NCBI GenBank assembly: GCA_964276515.1
Contig: OZ193909.1
Span: 12,710,001 to 12,774,000, forward strand
Source: Gordius albopunctatus
Taxonomy: Eukaryota
Direction: 5' to 3'
Length of the DNA stretch: 64,000 nucleotides
A program made the position numbers and the translations under genes. Of this stretch, positions 38,301 through 53,765 are shown piece by piece. The number at the start of each line of letters is the position of its first letter. The first letter of the stretch is position 1. A model generated the notes under the pieces. It was not told the DNA's origin, did no database searches, and worked only from the letters and a program-made list of their open reading frames with translations.

Positions 38301-41300
38301 AAACGTCTTGATTTTTTTATTGATACCACACTTCTCCTCCTCAACTATGTAAATGGCAATTAATTTATGAGAAACTTATAAAAATAATGACCGATTATTT
38401 TATCTTGAAATGCTTTGCCCTTTTGTGCATTAAAAATTTTAGTAAAATTACAATTTAAAAAATCTTTTAATAACATTATTAACTAAGAAATTTACATTTT
38501 TTAAATAGTCCTATAATGTATGGTTACCACTTTAGATTCTTAACATTACTGGTTCGAATCCTTCGATAAATATTTTACTTTATTAAATTTAAGTTATTGA
38601 GGAAAAAATTATTGAACAAATGTATTAAATACTAAGCGAATAATTAAAATACTGAAAATTTAATTATTTACCGTGCATCTTTCACCGACGGTTTGATTAT
38701 TCTAATGAGCAAAAATTGAATCAAATACTGATCACAATATTTCGTTCTCTTTAATTTCTAAGGTTTATTTTTATTATAATGTTAGAAAAAACGTGGCAAT
38801 ATGACTGAAAAATCACGAAAAAAACTTATGTCTAGAGTTGCATACTGAGGGCTTATTGTCCATGTTCAAACAATTATATAAGTTACGATTAAAACTAGAG
38901 GGGGGGGCAACGCCAATGCTTAAGGAGGGGCAAAATGATATTTTTGAAGTCTCAGCCATAATAATTATGTTAAATGTAACATTTTCTGGATATAAAGGGT
39001 GGAAGTCGCCCATCCCTGCCTCCCCCAAAGTATATTTTCTATATGCACTAATTGACTAATTTAAAAATACAATAATGTTTGTGGTCTCTTTTATCATATA
39101 AACTTGGTTTAAATTGTGCGGATTCAAAATATTTAACAAAAAAGCGCTTTTTATGATGAATATTTTGGGCCCACTTCGCAAAAAATAGTTTCTTTAAACC
39201 ATTTTAAACAAAGTCATTGAAATAAACTGACTATATAAATTCATGATAAAGTTTCAATAAATTTTAATTCTTCTATATTCATTTGATCCAAGTTATATGG
39301 TCTTATATAAACGTTACATATAGATGTTTTAAATAAAAGAAACAGTTGATACTGACCGCTTGGTTTATAATTATTTTACCTGACACCCGACTTTAGGTCA
39401 CAAATTAGGTTCATCACGCACCAAAAAACTAAAAATATACAAAATAAAAGCTAAACCTACTGAATTATGTAGAAAGGATTAATATGGTCAGCTAGGGACA
39501 TAGAGTTGTAATAAAGGAATTCAAAAAATAACTTACATTTTTGCAATAATTGTGTTGTTGGGGTCTGGAAAAAAGGAAAAGGGCTTCAAAATTAGGTCCT
39601 CTTGATTTATTGGAACCAAATGATTTGAGGGCCCATTTATAAGTGGCTATTTGTATATGTTGGGCATTAACTTAAATGCTGGGTATGAACTCAAATCAAC
39701 TCTATATTTTTGGGAATATATACAAAGTGGAGACTGAAGCTTTAATAGGCGTAAAAAATTAATTTTTTTTGTTTGATTTATATTTTTAAAGATTTTTTTA
39801 TTATAGGAGAAAGAAGAAAATGCTGTTCGTCTTTAAAATTTTTAATTTTTAAGTAAAATATTTTTTACTCAGTTAAAATTCGATTCTTTTGTAATTATTT
39901 TTTAAGAAATAATTACAAAGATATAATTGACCCTATTCTTTGGGTTATAGCGATAGATACTTTGTTTTCTCAGGCTTTTAAAATATTTACAAATTTTTTA
40001 AATTAAATGCAATGAACTTCGGATCCCAATTATAGCTCTTTTATATAATTGTAAATTTCATTATAGTTTAGTACTCTTAGCAATAAATCTTGAGCATAAC
40101 TTTTCAATTATAATATAATTGCAACATCGCCGAGTGTGAATTTATAAAGATCTTATCAATACAGATTGTATACAACGATGAAAGGAATCATATTCTCTTT
40201 CAAATTAACTGCTATTATTAAAGTGCGCACTTGTGTGATAAAGCCTCGGTTTAAAAATTAATTGTAGGCGGGGCAGAAAGAGTTTGCCACCAATCCCTTA
40301 AATATTTTTTGCAGTGGCGTAGTAGGTAGAAGGGACCGCCCCCGTGATTTATCCTGACCCCCTTTGGTCTTTCCAAACGAAAATTTTAAATTCAATTTAA
40401 TATATTTAAGCAAAAACTAAAATGTAATATTTTTGTTGATTAGTGTTTTCTCAAATTAATTTCTTAAATTTATTTGAAAATGAAGGCTAATGTTGTAAAA
40501 ACGGCTGGTTTTTTTTGGTTGACCTTTAATTTAACCAAGACTAAGTGCGGACTTTGGTCACTTTTTCTTTGTCGACATTGGTCTATCTATGTAACCCAGC
40601 CGTGCTTTCAACAATGCACTAAAGACATGTTTATTCTTTTATATTTTGACCAAAATTTAAATCTAATATTTTTTAATTTAAATTGGTTGAGACGGGATGG
40701 ATATATTTTAAGCCCCAATATCTCTTTGATAAATGCATTAATCAGTATTAATAGCTTGTTATAAACTCTTGACGACACCAGAAATATTGAAACACTTTAA
40801 AAGTAGGCAAAAGTTCTGTTGAAAATATAATTAAATTGCGAATAGGCTTAAAATAATCAATAATTTTGTCGATATTTATTTTACTGTAACCAATATTTCT
40901 AACATTAGTTCAACGTATTTGTTTTATCATGGGTTTAGTCAGTTAAATTAGGGGGGGGGCAAAAATGATTTATGGAAGGCATAATAAGAATTTTTGAAAT
41001 ATTGGCAATAATTTTATTAAGAGTATGGTAAAAATTTTGTTGGAGTATATATTTAGGATTAAGTTTTTTATTTGTAAACCCCTTTCTGTATCCTCTTTCT
41101 TAAATAAATAATATTTTTATGAAATTTATAAGATAGAATTACGGTTTTATTGCAGTTAGCAGCTACAAGTATTATAAAAAGTTACCCAATTTTCCTATTA
41201 AGATTTATTGTTTACTCATGTGTAAATCGGATTTGGTATTACTTTAAAACGATTTTTTTAAATTCTTTTATCTACAAAATATATTAAACATATCCGATTT

Positions 41301-41804
41301 ATATAGATATTTTTAATATCTGAAAATTAAGAATTAAAAAATTCATCGGTTTATAATATCCCAGAACACAACTACTTTCATAAAATTCTGTCCTTACAGT
41401 GCTATAAAAAGACACAAATTATTTTTTGTAAAATTGAAGTAAAGGATGGGAAAATTTAACTAGAAATTAAAGACGACTCCACTTACATATTTACCTATAG
41501 AAATTGAGATGAAAGACAAATAATATGATAAAATAAGCTAATAACTAATCCATAATTAAGTTATAATTTTGCCAAATCGAAAGTGCGTCTTATCTGCACT
41601 CAATAAATTTCCGAAACGCTCCACAATAATCAATTATATCTAATTTTAGAGAAATAATGATGTGCTTTCAGTTCATTTTAATTTTAAATCGGTATTTAAT
41701 AAATCTGCTGCTATGGAATAAATGGTGAGTGGTAAATATACAGATTAATACATATACTTACAATAAAAATTTTTAGGATTGCCTTTACTTTTGAGGGTTC
41801 TTAC

Positions 41805-41978
41805 CATATGCGTAGCCAGTGGGTGGGTGGCAGGGAGGGGCCGCTGCCTCCCTTTAAATTCATAAAATCTTCAAAATTTAATATAATTATGACTAAAATT
41901 ACTATAAATTATCATTTTGCGTCTCCCTAAATTATTAATGCCCCCTCCCCTCTAAATCCAATCCTGGCTACGCCCATG
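41805..41978. mobile_element. MITE family A copy (TSD GTTCTTAC), about 400 bp upstream of the Vsx ATG
   Basis: CATATGCGTAGCCAG...CTGGCTACGCCCATG with an exact 8-bp duplication. Confidence 0.88.
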
Positions 41979-42150
41979 GTTCTTACTATAAATACTACCC
42001 TTTATTTTTCTTAACAATTTATGTAAACGTAGTATTAATTAATATGTTTAATGGTGAGTTTGACAAGGTCATACTTTATATTGATTCCATAATGCAATTA
42101 ATTTAATATTTATTTCACGATCACCTTTGATTGTTCTTCTTTGACACACG

Positions 42151-42279
42151 CCAATCATTAGGAGTTAATCTAGGCCAAGCAGCACGCACCATATTACACA
42201 CCATATCCCTTCCTTATTTTACCAGATAGGGCACATTTTTTCTAGGCACTTTAAAGGAGAAAAGCACACTGTATATAAA
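42151..42279 (+). promoter_or_regulatory. Putative Vsx core promoter (CCAAT box and TATA box)
   Basis: CCAATCA at 42151 and TATATAAA at 42272-42279, about 110 bp before ATG 42388. Confidence 0.4.
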
Positions 42280-42387
42280 CATCTTCATCAATATATTCAC
42301 CACGAAAGCTAGTTTAAGGACCACTTATCAACATCATTATAAATTTCATCACGTTGGACAACACCAGTGTTAAAATTAACGGTTTAC

Positions 42388-45300
42388 ATGATGGAGGATA
42401 ATTTAAAGTATCACAGGGATAAAGGTGTAAGACCACCTTCCATACCACATTACCATCGAGACTCCCAAAATAATTGCAATAACCAACCTTTCTGCCTCCC
42501 ATTTAAAAATTGTAAGAAATCGTCCCAATTAAATTTTGCTTTTAACAACGGCCCCTTGCCATCATATCCCACTATGACCGAGTATTGGTCAGCATTGCAC
42601 GAAAAATGTTTTGCAACAAATCATTCCCTATTATTTCCCTTACCTTTCGCCACATATCTGCGAGGCATGTACGAAAAATTATACGCGACAGCAGCAATTC
42701 AAAGTGGTGGTCCGGCGTTTGGGACGAATCAGTCAACACCCTTAGTCCAGCATGGCAACGAGGAAGAGTTCATGTTGTGGGCTAGCTATTACCGACAATT
42801 ACTGAGTTGGCAAAACCCACAACAGTCTCAGGCCAAAGCCAATATCTATGCATCCAGAAATTACAATGCTACTATGTCTTATTGTGAGACAAGTGACAAG
42901 AGGCAGTACATTGACAAACCGTATTTTCCACTAAATCCGACACCTATAACGCCCAACGCTTTAACACGATCGCCTTGCAATTTATTTAATTATGGGCTGC
43001 CATGGCTGGCTCCCAACAGTAGCCCATGGCCGATTAACGAAGATTCCGAACATCATAACTTTAACGAATACTTAAATACTGGTCAGCTTAATGTTGCCCA
43101 GAACTATAAGAGTAACTGCAAGGCCCCTATCCTTTGTCAAAATAATATCTATCAAAATTACTTCCAACACTACCCAAAGGGAAACTCTTATTACAGTTGT
43201 CCAGAAAGGTGTGGTTCAAACAGCTTTATTAATCAAACATTCGATAAACACTTAAATGGCAATAACTCGGTTGACAATCTTGACGGCGATGAAGTTAAAT
43301 GGATGAAGGATATTTCTGATAAGCTTCAAAATGATACAAGTAATTTGAATTAAGAAGCCGAATTTTACCGATCAATAGATAAAAATATGAACTATAATTG
43401 GAATTAGAGGGGGGGGGGCAAAAATAATTTAGGGAGGGGCAAAATGAATATTTTTTGAAATTTCAGCCATGATTTAAATAAATTTAAAAAAATGGATTTA
43501 GATCGAAATAAACATAGGACTAAGGCATGGGTGTAGCCAGGTTTTGGATTAGGGGGGGGGGGCAAAACATAAAATTTTTAAATTTTTAAGGCTTTTTGCA
43601 TTGGAAATTTTTTTTCGCCATTTAGGGAAGGGGCCCTCCCCCTCCCCCCTGGCTACGCCCATGGACTAAGGCATTATATATTTTTTATTTATAATTTTAA
43701 ACTAGGCCACCTATTCGGAATTTTACTATAAATGGGTGATTAGGTAATTATGCCACTACCCTTAACTGTCCCTAGATTTGGTTTTAAATATATAAACTAA
43801 ATACAGAAATAAAATTATCTCAATTTAGCTGAGAGTTTTTTCCAAGTGATCCTCCCCCCCCCCCACACCCCCAAATTCACTTAGAAAACTTAAACCATAG
43901 ATATTGCCAATTTTTACAGAAAATTGTAGCCCAGCCCCATCCTCTTAAAAGCTTTATTTTCTTGAAAAAATTAGTTTAGCCTATATATTTTATATTAGAG
44001 TGTTCTTGGTAAATTATAATTATTATAAGTTTAAACTATAATCATGCTATTTTTCTAAAAAATTGCAGGTTGTAGATTAATTTAGACAATTAATAACGAT
44101 TAGTTAAAAATTCTACACATTTGAAATGAGGTCGAGCTTGAATCGAGTAACAGGCTTTAATAAGCAGTTGGGGTTTCTAAAGACATGGGCTAACAATCTG
44201 CCAAATTTTTTACAAGTCGTTATAAGTCTCTGGCCACAAAAAAGCATATGAACTAGAGATCTGCACGGGCAGGCCCGGCCGGCGGACAGGCCTAAGAGCC
44301 CGGCCCGCGGACGGATACAGACGGGCTTTGTATCATCAAAATTTTAACTGACCGGGCTAGGACGGGCCTTGAAGTTTTGAAGACAGGTACGGGCGGGCCG
44401 AACTTCTACAAACGGCTTGTTGCAGATCTCTAATAGGAACTAGTGATAAACAGCTAACAGCAAATGCATTCAGGAAATAAGAAGATATTAGACTAAGTCG
44501 ACACTGCTCGAGAATACGTTTTTCACTAGCCTTCTGAAGATAAGAGGCAAAAAGTTGGAGGAAAGGACGCACAACTTTCCTTTAAATTAATTATAAAGGT
44601 TAAATCAAATTTATTGCTTTTACGAATGAGATCTTTGAAAATATTTTTAAAATGCTTCAAAAAATGTTAAAGAAATATTAACCCTGTCCGTCTTAATTAA
44701 TTTGAGGGGGGGGAGATGGGCATTTTGCCCCTAAATCTTCACCAAACCTTTTGCCCTCGCCCCACAAATTTTTTAAAAGGACAAACCCGACGTTCTCTGC
44801 ATGAACTGAGACTCAAACGTTGATTGACACGGGGCAATTATACGTATTGCATTTTGGCGCTGAGCAAGTCATCAACAATATCATTAATTACATATTAAAT
44901 TCTAATTTATTATCTACGCATATATCATAATAAATTTATGCCAACTCAACCGCATAAATTTTCAATCAATACATTATGGATTAACGATTGATAAATGGAA
45001 AATGCGATTTTTATAGAAAAAGTAGTTAGGTTAAAGTGAATTATACGCTTGATAAGTTGACTTGGCATAAGCAGAGATTTGAATTAATATCAAGGGAACA
45101 CAATTTATGACAGCTTTCCACAAGGCTAGGGACATTTGATATGTGCTGGTGACAGGATTTAGGGAATTAGGAAAAGTAATTAAGCGATTTGGTGTCAATA
45201 ATAAGTATGTTAACGACGTCAATATGCGGCCTTAAATTGATTTAATAGAGATATTATACAGTATAAATTAAAATAATTTTTATAAAACGAGTCCTATGTC

Positions 45301-48300
45301 AATCCTAATGATAGAGTCATTTTAAGTATTTTTTTCTAAATTTGGTTATCAATAACACAATCAAAATAAATTTTGTAATTTATTTAATAAAGTTTTTATC
45401 CAAGGTTTAGATTAAGAACAGGCCATTTCTTCGTTATAGTATAGATCCGTCCACCTAGTTGCTCTTGTTTTGAAAAATGTTAACCATGCCCCCATCATAA
45501 TCAATATCACTCTCATTTATATTAATTTGTCAGTTATCTCATTTTGGGACCAAGTCTGCATTCAGCTTGAATCATTTTTAATTTTACTCGGACACTCAAT
45601 AATTAAAACAAATTATATGCGTATACTATAATGAAACTTTTTTATTGGGCCAAATAATCTAAATCATTTATATGTGTATAGTGAGTTCTGCAAAACAAAA
45701 GACTAAGAATGACTCTTTCCTCTATAACCTTCAAACAATGTTATTTTCACCTTATCTAAGCTTTTCAATTTTCATATATTCGATTTAAATCAATTTACCT
45801 TAGGTTCAAGTCACATGAGCGTAGTCATTACTTAATTTAAAAGGGGTGCAAAATTTAAATAATAAAAATAAAAAATCATCCTTAATTTTTTAGGTTTAAA
45901 AATGTTTAAAAAGGGAAGCGGGCAGCCGCCTTCCCCGTCTTTCCCCTGGCTAGGCCCATGGCGAATCATTTGCATCCTAATTTAGTAATAAATTTAAGTT
46001 CTTAACAAAATATTGTAAATTTTAGCATTAATTTATTAATAATTACAACGCAATATTCTGCCATGTTTACCTAAGTTAATCTTTGCAGTCAAATGAAAAT
46101 ACTCGGTAAAGAAGAAAAATTTGTAAAACTTATTTAAAAAATTCAAAAAATAAAAACAATGTTTTTTACCTAAGTATATAAGTTAGCCTATATATTTACA
46201 TTTTAAAGAAAATAAAGTCAATCGGAATGCAAAATTGAATACATATATTTAAATTTGTTCAAATTTTAAGTTTTTCTGAGTGTTAAGTGCATGATTATAT
46301 TTAGTTGCTAAGTCATCAATATTGTAGAATAAGGTCTAAACAGGAAGACGAAAGATCATATGAAAACCAATTAATTTTGCATTAAAATTATTGGGTTATA
46401 ATGCTACACTTCTGACTATAGTTTTGTGTAAAATATATAACATGTTTTTTTCAACTCATTAGACTTTTTATACAAATTCCTAACATATTCACATGCTATT
46501 AAATATATATTAGCCAATAATCATGAATTGATGTCAATTTATCCTCGTGACGACGAAGAAACAATAACCCTAATAGCATCACCCAATGAGGGGCACGAAT
46601 CTAAGGGAAAAGCAGGCAAAGGCAGAGGGAAGTTTAAAAGACACAGGTACACAATTTATATTTTAAACTTAGTTATCACCATTGAAATCCCTATTTTATA
46701 ATTTTAAAGTTATTGATACGACGTGAACCATGGGCGTAGCCACGATTAGAACTTGGAAGAAGCAATAATGCGTTAGGGAGGGGCAAATTAGTGGTTTTTT
46801 AAAATTTAAGCCATAAGGGGGGTGGCTCCCTGTATCCCCGTAGTTAGGCCCACGGATAAGCCTATTTAAATTTTGTTTAGTTTTAAGAGGGGGGCTCCTC
46901 TGAGCTTTGACTAAGCTTTTGAGGAACGTTAATGTTCTATCTACCCCAAACTTGTTTTTCCTTAATGATGATCTTATCTAAATTTTCGCGCTATTTAATG
47001 TGCTTCAATTGCACGTCCCTTAATGGAAGGCAAAAGAGAGATGATATTAGATAGGCGGGGAGAACTTTTCTCAATCCCTTAGAGGAAAAGTTGTTTTTTG
47101 GTATGTTAAAAGCCTTCATCTAAATAATAAGCACTTAGAATTATATTATCTCTTATAGGGCTTAGAAAATGGGAAGGCCGAGTGATTCAATAAAAATAAT
47201 AATTATCAAGCAAGACTACCATACTATTTGATGGATCAAAAGATTAAATCATTTTCACGATAATGAAGAATCCCTTTTTTATTATACCTCCCCCATACGG
47301 GGGGAACTGGCTTGTTAAATCTTAATCTTGTGTTAACAATTCACTTATGTTCTTAACTTTGAACATATTTCACATATTAACAATAACCATAATTGGGTTA
47401 GTCATCTAGTGATGTATATAATTGAAAGTGAAAGCACATTGTTAGTAGCCAAGATCTAAAGTGATTTGCAAGAAAGTAGCGCGTGTAGTTTGAAAAGTTT
47501 GAAGAGAAATTTTTATAATTGCCATTAAAATCATGCGATCAATACCATATTTATCAATTATTTTATTTCGCAATTTATAACAAATTTAAAATTTACATCA
47601 AAATTTATCCTAATTGCCTTGAGAGTAGGTGGGAAAGATAATTATTAGAAAATTTAAACCATAATTTACTGAGTTAGGAAAAAATTAGACATAGAAGGGA
47701 CAGTTTCTCTCCTTGTTTCTTCCTGGCAACACCCATACATAGTACAAGAATGCGGAAATTAAATTCTTATCGCCTCTAACTAATCTGTTATCCTAAATTA
47801 TGAAATGAAAAAGGTTAGTTAGTTGTGGTGTGTACCATAACTATCTAAAAAATTGATGATAGGTTTCGTCTGGATATGGATGGGTGGGTGGTAACTTACT
47901 GTGATATGATATGGTATTTAACAATCTGGGGGAAAAGGCAAAAAATATCTAGGCCATGAGAGGAGATTATTTATTATGCTTGTCATCTAAATTTATCTAA
48001 TGTTTTGGGTGTGTGGAAACTTCTGTTAACCAAAGTTAAGCCATAATAAAAGCACAAAAAAGCACAAAACGACTACAGGAGGCAAAAAAGCTTTTTATTA
48101 AAATTGTCCTTTTAACTCGTTCCCGACACGTTCATACAATACTTACACATCCTTTTACTTATAGAATAAGTATAACTTAATATTAGAAAAAAATGTATAG
48201 ATAGAGGTTGGTCTTTATTTCTACCCATCAAATTTTTTTTGATTAACTAGAATAAGTTACAGTTAAAACTTAAGTTGTCCCCAGACAAAATTCTACTTTT

Positions 48301-51300
48301 AAAACGGAGAATAGAAATAAATCACAGTTTCTAAAAATCAGGGAACTCAAGAGATATTTTCCCAATTACTTAAATAACGCCGTGTTCATAAGGTGTGCTA
48401 AGCAATGCGAGGCTAAAATTTTGGACACTGATTTATAAAGTGTGTAAGAAATAGCGCATATATTTGACTTTTTTTGTAATGGACATCGAACAAGTTCAAA
48501 ATAATATATATTTCCCTATTATTAACTCAAAACATTTGTAATTGATGCTCAAATTTTGCATCGCTTCGTGCTCATCACGAATGCCCCCTTAGACATAATT
48601 TAATAACAAATATTTTTAGGAATTATTCCTCTATTTAGCTTATTAACACATAGATAATAAGCCCTTAATAACTATTATTTTAACCATTTTTCAACTATAT
48701 GTTTTGTAATTATAATTTATTTGCTATTTTAGTCGGACCATCTTTTCGACTCCTCAAGTAGAGGAATTAGAAAAGGCCTTTAACGAGGCCCATTATCCCG
48801 ATGTATATGCACGTGAAGTATTATCACTCAAGACAGAATTATCGGAAGATAGAATACAGGTTTATATTTTAGATAATTTAGTAAATTACTTAGTGCGACG
48901 CTAAAGTTTATTTCTGTTGTTAAATTTTTCCAGAAAAACTTTAAAATTTCGAGTGGGATATAAGATTTTAATAATAAAAATATGTTTTATTAAAGACGAT
49001 GGTTTTTTTTAATTAAAATATATACATTTTTAAAAACAGAATAATATTAATTGTTTAGGATCATAAAAGTAATTTTCAATTTCTAATTCCTATTCCTATA
49101 TGTTTTGAACTAGAGTAGTATGGGCATAAATAATTCTGGTTAGGGTTCAGAATCTGGTAGAATTCCTCATGGGTTTTAAAATTCGACTAAAGGGGGGGGG
49201 GCATTGAAGGGTAGTATCTTTTTAATTAAAGTAGACATGTAATCATTCGATTTTTTTACACATGTGTAAATTTTGAATAATAAGATTTTAATAATAATTA
49301 AATTTAGCAAATTTATATAATTTGCCCTGTTTGTTTTTAAATTTATTTTATTCGGTAAATCTTTCTTAGCAAGAATTGGTTTGGAATATGTCTTATAAAT
49401 TTTAAGTTTACTAGTTTAAATAATATTTCTAATTTTTTATAGGCCTTTGCTGTTGAGCATAAATGTTTATTTATATTGAGAGTAAAACACCTAAACATGC
49501 TTGCCCCATGTCATTTAAGAACTTATTCTATTCATAATGCCAATCATTTCCTTCATGATGATTGACAAACCTTAAAAATTGAATGCTTATTAGCCTTCAG
49601 AAATTTTAAATATCGCAACTTCAAAGAAATTATAAACAGAACATCGTGAGTGAAAGAATTAAAATCAGATATATAAATCAATGGAGTGGACATCATGATT
49701 ATGAGATTTATTCAAAGTAATTTTATGACTAAAACTTTTTTTTCAATGCAAAAACACTTAAAAATTAAAAAAATTAGGTTTTGCCCCCCCCCTGATTGAA
49801 CTCTTAAACGTTTTGCCCCCACCCCCCTAATCCAAAACCTGGCTAAGCCCATGATTATAAACTAACCATACCTTTTATACATGGCCAAGGGGGGGGGGGG
49901 CAGGGAGGGGCCGCTGCCACCCTCCAAATCCTTAAATTTGTTGAAATTTATTAAAATTTTGAAAATGTTCATTTTGCACTTCCCTAAATCATTATTGTTT
50001 TGTCCCCCCCCCTTCTAACTATAAAGCTGGCTACGCTCATGCTTTTATATTAAACAGCTCCTTATAAGCTCTTTAAGGCGTTATCAGCATTAAAAAGGGA
50101 CTTTAAAAATAGAGAGTCCTAAGTAAATTTTTTAAATTTAAATCTTTTAAACTTAAAAATACGTCATTTGGCATATCTGTTTAAAATAATTTGTTTTAAT
50201 TATTACAATCTAGAATTAGGGTATGACAAGAAATTATGATAATTATAGATTGGTATGGTGGTAAATTATCTCCCTATTATTTGTTCAAATGAAGAGTAAT
50301 ATGGATCAATTTTAATAATCCATTATTATCTCCCAATTAGAATTAATTAGAATATGGTAGAACGTGACTATTTGAAGCCACCTTGATACATCATTGGATA
50401 GGATAATTGCTTATTAACAATTTTAACCCCTATATTATATCTATTTTTTAAATGGTCCTATCAATTTTGCCTTTTTTCAAACCAAATGCAGTTTATAAAG
50501 GTCTTCATTAAACAAAAATTTAATAGTCAAAACCTATCAAATTACATAACTCTACAAATTTAAAAGCAAAAAATTTAAAATTAGTAGCCTTATTTTAAAA
50601 TATTAGATTTTTAATCATAAATAGAAATTTCATTTGCCATATTCTATTTTAAAAGCCTTAAAAAACAAAGTTCGCTATTTTAAAAAAATAATTTTCTGCT
50701 TGCTTGTAAACTTTTATTGCAGAATCTGGTAAGGCATCGCCAAATTTTTTTAAAATCATTTTTAAGATACTTGTTTTTAAAGTGATTTATAACACTTTTA
50801 AAGCTATATTTAAACATATCTACTGACAAATTCATTTTTTAGCAACTTTACCCTCCTGATTTCCGACACTGTTAAAATTGATTTTTTTTTATAATTGTGT
50901 CGTGAAGGTAACAGCGTGTATATTATAATAACGATTTACTAACAAATATAAGATTAAAGTTAATTAAATACATTTCTTTATATGCTTTGTTGGAAATAAA
51001 TAACGTTTCGTATATATATAATTAATAAATTTGAGATGTCTAAGCATGGGCTAGCCATGATTTGGATGAAGGAGGGGAACGGGGGTAAATAATATGGCAA
51101 TTGATTTCGACATGGGCAAAATAATTTTTAGAATTTATAATCATTATATTTAAAAATGTTGGAATTTTTGAATTTAAAAAGTAGCAGCTGCCTTTATCTG
51201 TCTCCTTTAGAGCTTCACTCATCTACTGCTTCGTTTCTAAACATTGAATCGTATGATTAGGACGATTTTGATCCTCTTATAGACTATTTTTTAACACATT

Positions 51301-52040
51301 TTTATCGGGAATGGTCAAAATAACTACTTATTCTGATGGTGTCATAATATGATATAATCATAACGTTATTTTATCACCCTGGACTACTCCCTATAAAAAA
51401 TCTGTAAAACTTGGAATTTATATTTTGCCGAGCAGGGATTTAATGTATATGATGTAAAGTTTATCCTTATAAAAGTACCAAAATGATTATTTTTTATTTC
51501 TCTCATAGGTGTGGTTTCAAAATCGTCGAGCCAAGTGGCGCAAAAAGGAGAAACGTTGGGGCAAAAGTAGCGTTATGGCCGAATATGGTTTGTACGGTGC
51601 TATGGTTCGCCATTCTTTACCGTTGCCTGATAGCATATTGAAAAGTTGTGATGAAAACACCGACATCAACGAAACGTGTGCCCCATGGCTTTTAGGTGAC
51701 TTTTAGATGTTACAGGCTTGGGATTCGGATGAAAGGGTTCAAATTCATAAATATTTTTAAAAGGGTCAAAAGGTGGTTTCACTCTGATTTTTAACCAATT
51801 TTTTGATGGGGGGGGGCGTAGACAGCTACCTCTCCTTGACGATAGTCTAATAAGTCTTTAAGCAATTTGGAAATTATTAAAATCATGAAACTTCTTTGAA
51901 AAACATAGATTTTAATATGTTTTTTTGGAAAAGGTATGCATAAAAAATCGATAGAAGCTGCAACGAAATTGAAAAAGGCGGAAAATCAAAGTGAATCTAT
52001 TTGTGAAGATAGTTTGACGCAAAATTTAAACGATCTATAA
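42388..52040 (+). CDS. Vsx: Visual system homeobox (Vsx/Chx10/ceh-10 class); exons 42388-43339, 46514-46646, 48733-48859, 51509-51695, 51934-52040
   Basis: Homeodomain [58 protein letters not shown] plus CVC domain [20 protein letters not shown]...CAPWLL|GMHKKS. Exon 1 assignment rests on phase and position. Confidence 0.92.
43526..43663. mobile_element. MITE family A copy (TSD GACTAAGG)
   Basis: CATGGGTGTAGCCAGG...CCTGGCTACGCCCATG with an exact 8-bp duplication. Confidence 0.9.
44254..44432. mobile_element. hAT-type MITE (TIR TAGAGATCTGCA; TSD ATATGAAC/ATAGGAAC)
   Basis: 12-bp perfect TIR, CGGGC repeats, near-identical 8-bp flanks. Confidence 0.85.
49880..50041. mobile_element. MITE family A copy (TSD CTTTTATA)
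   Basis: CATGG...GCTACGCTCATG with an exact 8-bp duplication. Confidence 0.82.
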
Positions 52041-52299
52041 GTCTAAGGATCACAATAGATTTTGAATGAGGCAATACATTTTAAAGATATCTATCCTGTT
52101 GTTGAATTTATATATATATCTTAGTATATGTTATATCCATATAAATTATATCGGATATGTCAATTTTATGTTTATGTTTTCTAAAATATAGGAGTCTATA
52201 TGCTATAAATTTAATTATAAATTCAAATATACGCGCGATCTAAAAATAAATGTCACCATATCGTCTCAATTTTTTTCCTATAGCTCTTTGTCACACTTA

Positions 52300-53765
52300 A
52301 TGGTAAGCTCCTTCAAGTTGGTTCTCCGTGTATTACACTTACACCAGCTTCGCTTTAGCTGGTACCTTTTCAAGTCTATATCTATTTTATGTTACCATGT
52401 CAGTTTAGGCCTACCTCTTTTTCGCTTTCCTTCGACTTGCACTTTCTTGATACGATGTATCAGGTGACTTTTCACCCGTCTCTCCAAATATCTCAATCTT
52501 CTTACCATCAACTTTCTCTGAATCGTAACTACATTTAGTTTATCCCTTATGTCTTGATTCCTATGGTCCTTTTTGCTTATTCCCAAGATCCATCTTAACA
52601 TTCGCATCTCCATTGTAGCCAAGCTTTGCTCTTCTTTTGATATATTGCCCAGGTTTCCGCTCCATACAATACCGTTGGTACAATAACGGTGTTATATAAC
52701 CGTCCTTTCAATTTGAGTGGTATGTGTTTGTCACATAAGAAACCACTCAACTCCCTGAATTTTAGCCAGCCTGCGTTTATTCTTGCCTTAATTTAGTTTT
52801 CCACACCCCCGTCACATTGTACCCTATAACCAATATATTTGAATTCCTTCCTACTGCTTAGACACCAGTCATCGATTTGCAGGTGTGTTTCTTTGTATTT
52901 ATTACCCGACTCCAAGCAAACATATTCAGTTTTATCTCGGATGACCCTAAGGTATTTGCTTTAAATTCGCTCCATCCACATTTTTACCTGTTCTGCTGAT
53001 TCCGCATTTGAGCCCGCCCACGGCACTATATCCTCCGCAAAGAGCATTGCCCAAGGTGATTCGCGCTTCGGCTCCTTAGTTATCGAATCCATTATTGTTA
53101 TGAAGAGCAATGTGTAGACGATTCATACTTTATTAATAAATAAACCCAAAGATTTTCTGGTATCGTTAAACATTAGTTTATATAGCATTGTGTCGAGGTT
53201 AATATGAATAACATTATTAAATCGCCGTAAAATATTCAAATTAGAAGAAGTGTGAATAGAGTAAGAATAAGTGTGAATAGAGTGATATCCAAATCATAAA
53301 GAAAAGTATTCTAATTAGGTAATACCATAAATGGACTTAGGACCGATCGTCCGAACTTTGGTTTTTTGCGTTTATATACATATCCTTTATTAACATTATA
53401 TAAGCGTCGGGTAAACCATCAGAACTCAGACCCCCATATCAACTGCCTTGGCACTTTATCGAAAGCTTTCTCAAGATCGATGAAGCACACATGAAGAACT
53501 TTTTGTTTTTCCCTGTATAATTCCATAAGTCGCATAAGACCATATATTGCATCTGAAGTTTACTTTCCAGGCATGAACCCCTATTGTCATTCATCTATTA
53601 AGATTATTTTTCGGAGTCTAGCTTCTATAACCTTTTCCCACACCTTCATTACGTGACTCGTTAACTTTATCCCCCTATAGTTATTGCATTCTTGTACATC
53701 TCCCTTCATTTTATAGATTGGTATAACATAGCTTTCCTTCCACTCATCAGGCATCATACCACTTG
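52300..53765 (-). mobile_element. Decayed RTE LINE reverse-transcriptase region, interrupted at ~53115-53395
   Basis: MPDEWKESYVIPIYK, NYRGIKLTSHVMKVWE, FIDLEKAFDKVPR, PWAMLFAEDI (FADD decayed), EMRMLRWILG, GKRKRGRPKLTW. Confidence 0.9.

Noticed and set aside
38508..38570. tRNA-like sequence with B box GGTTCGAATCC
   Set aside because: Acceptor and anticodon stems do not pair; not a functional tRNA, possibly a decayed SINE head.
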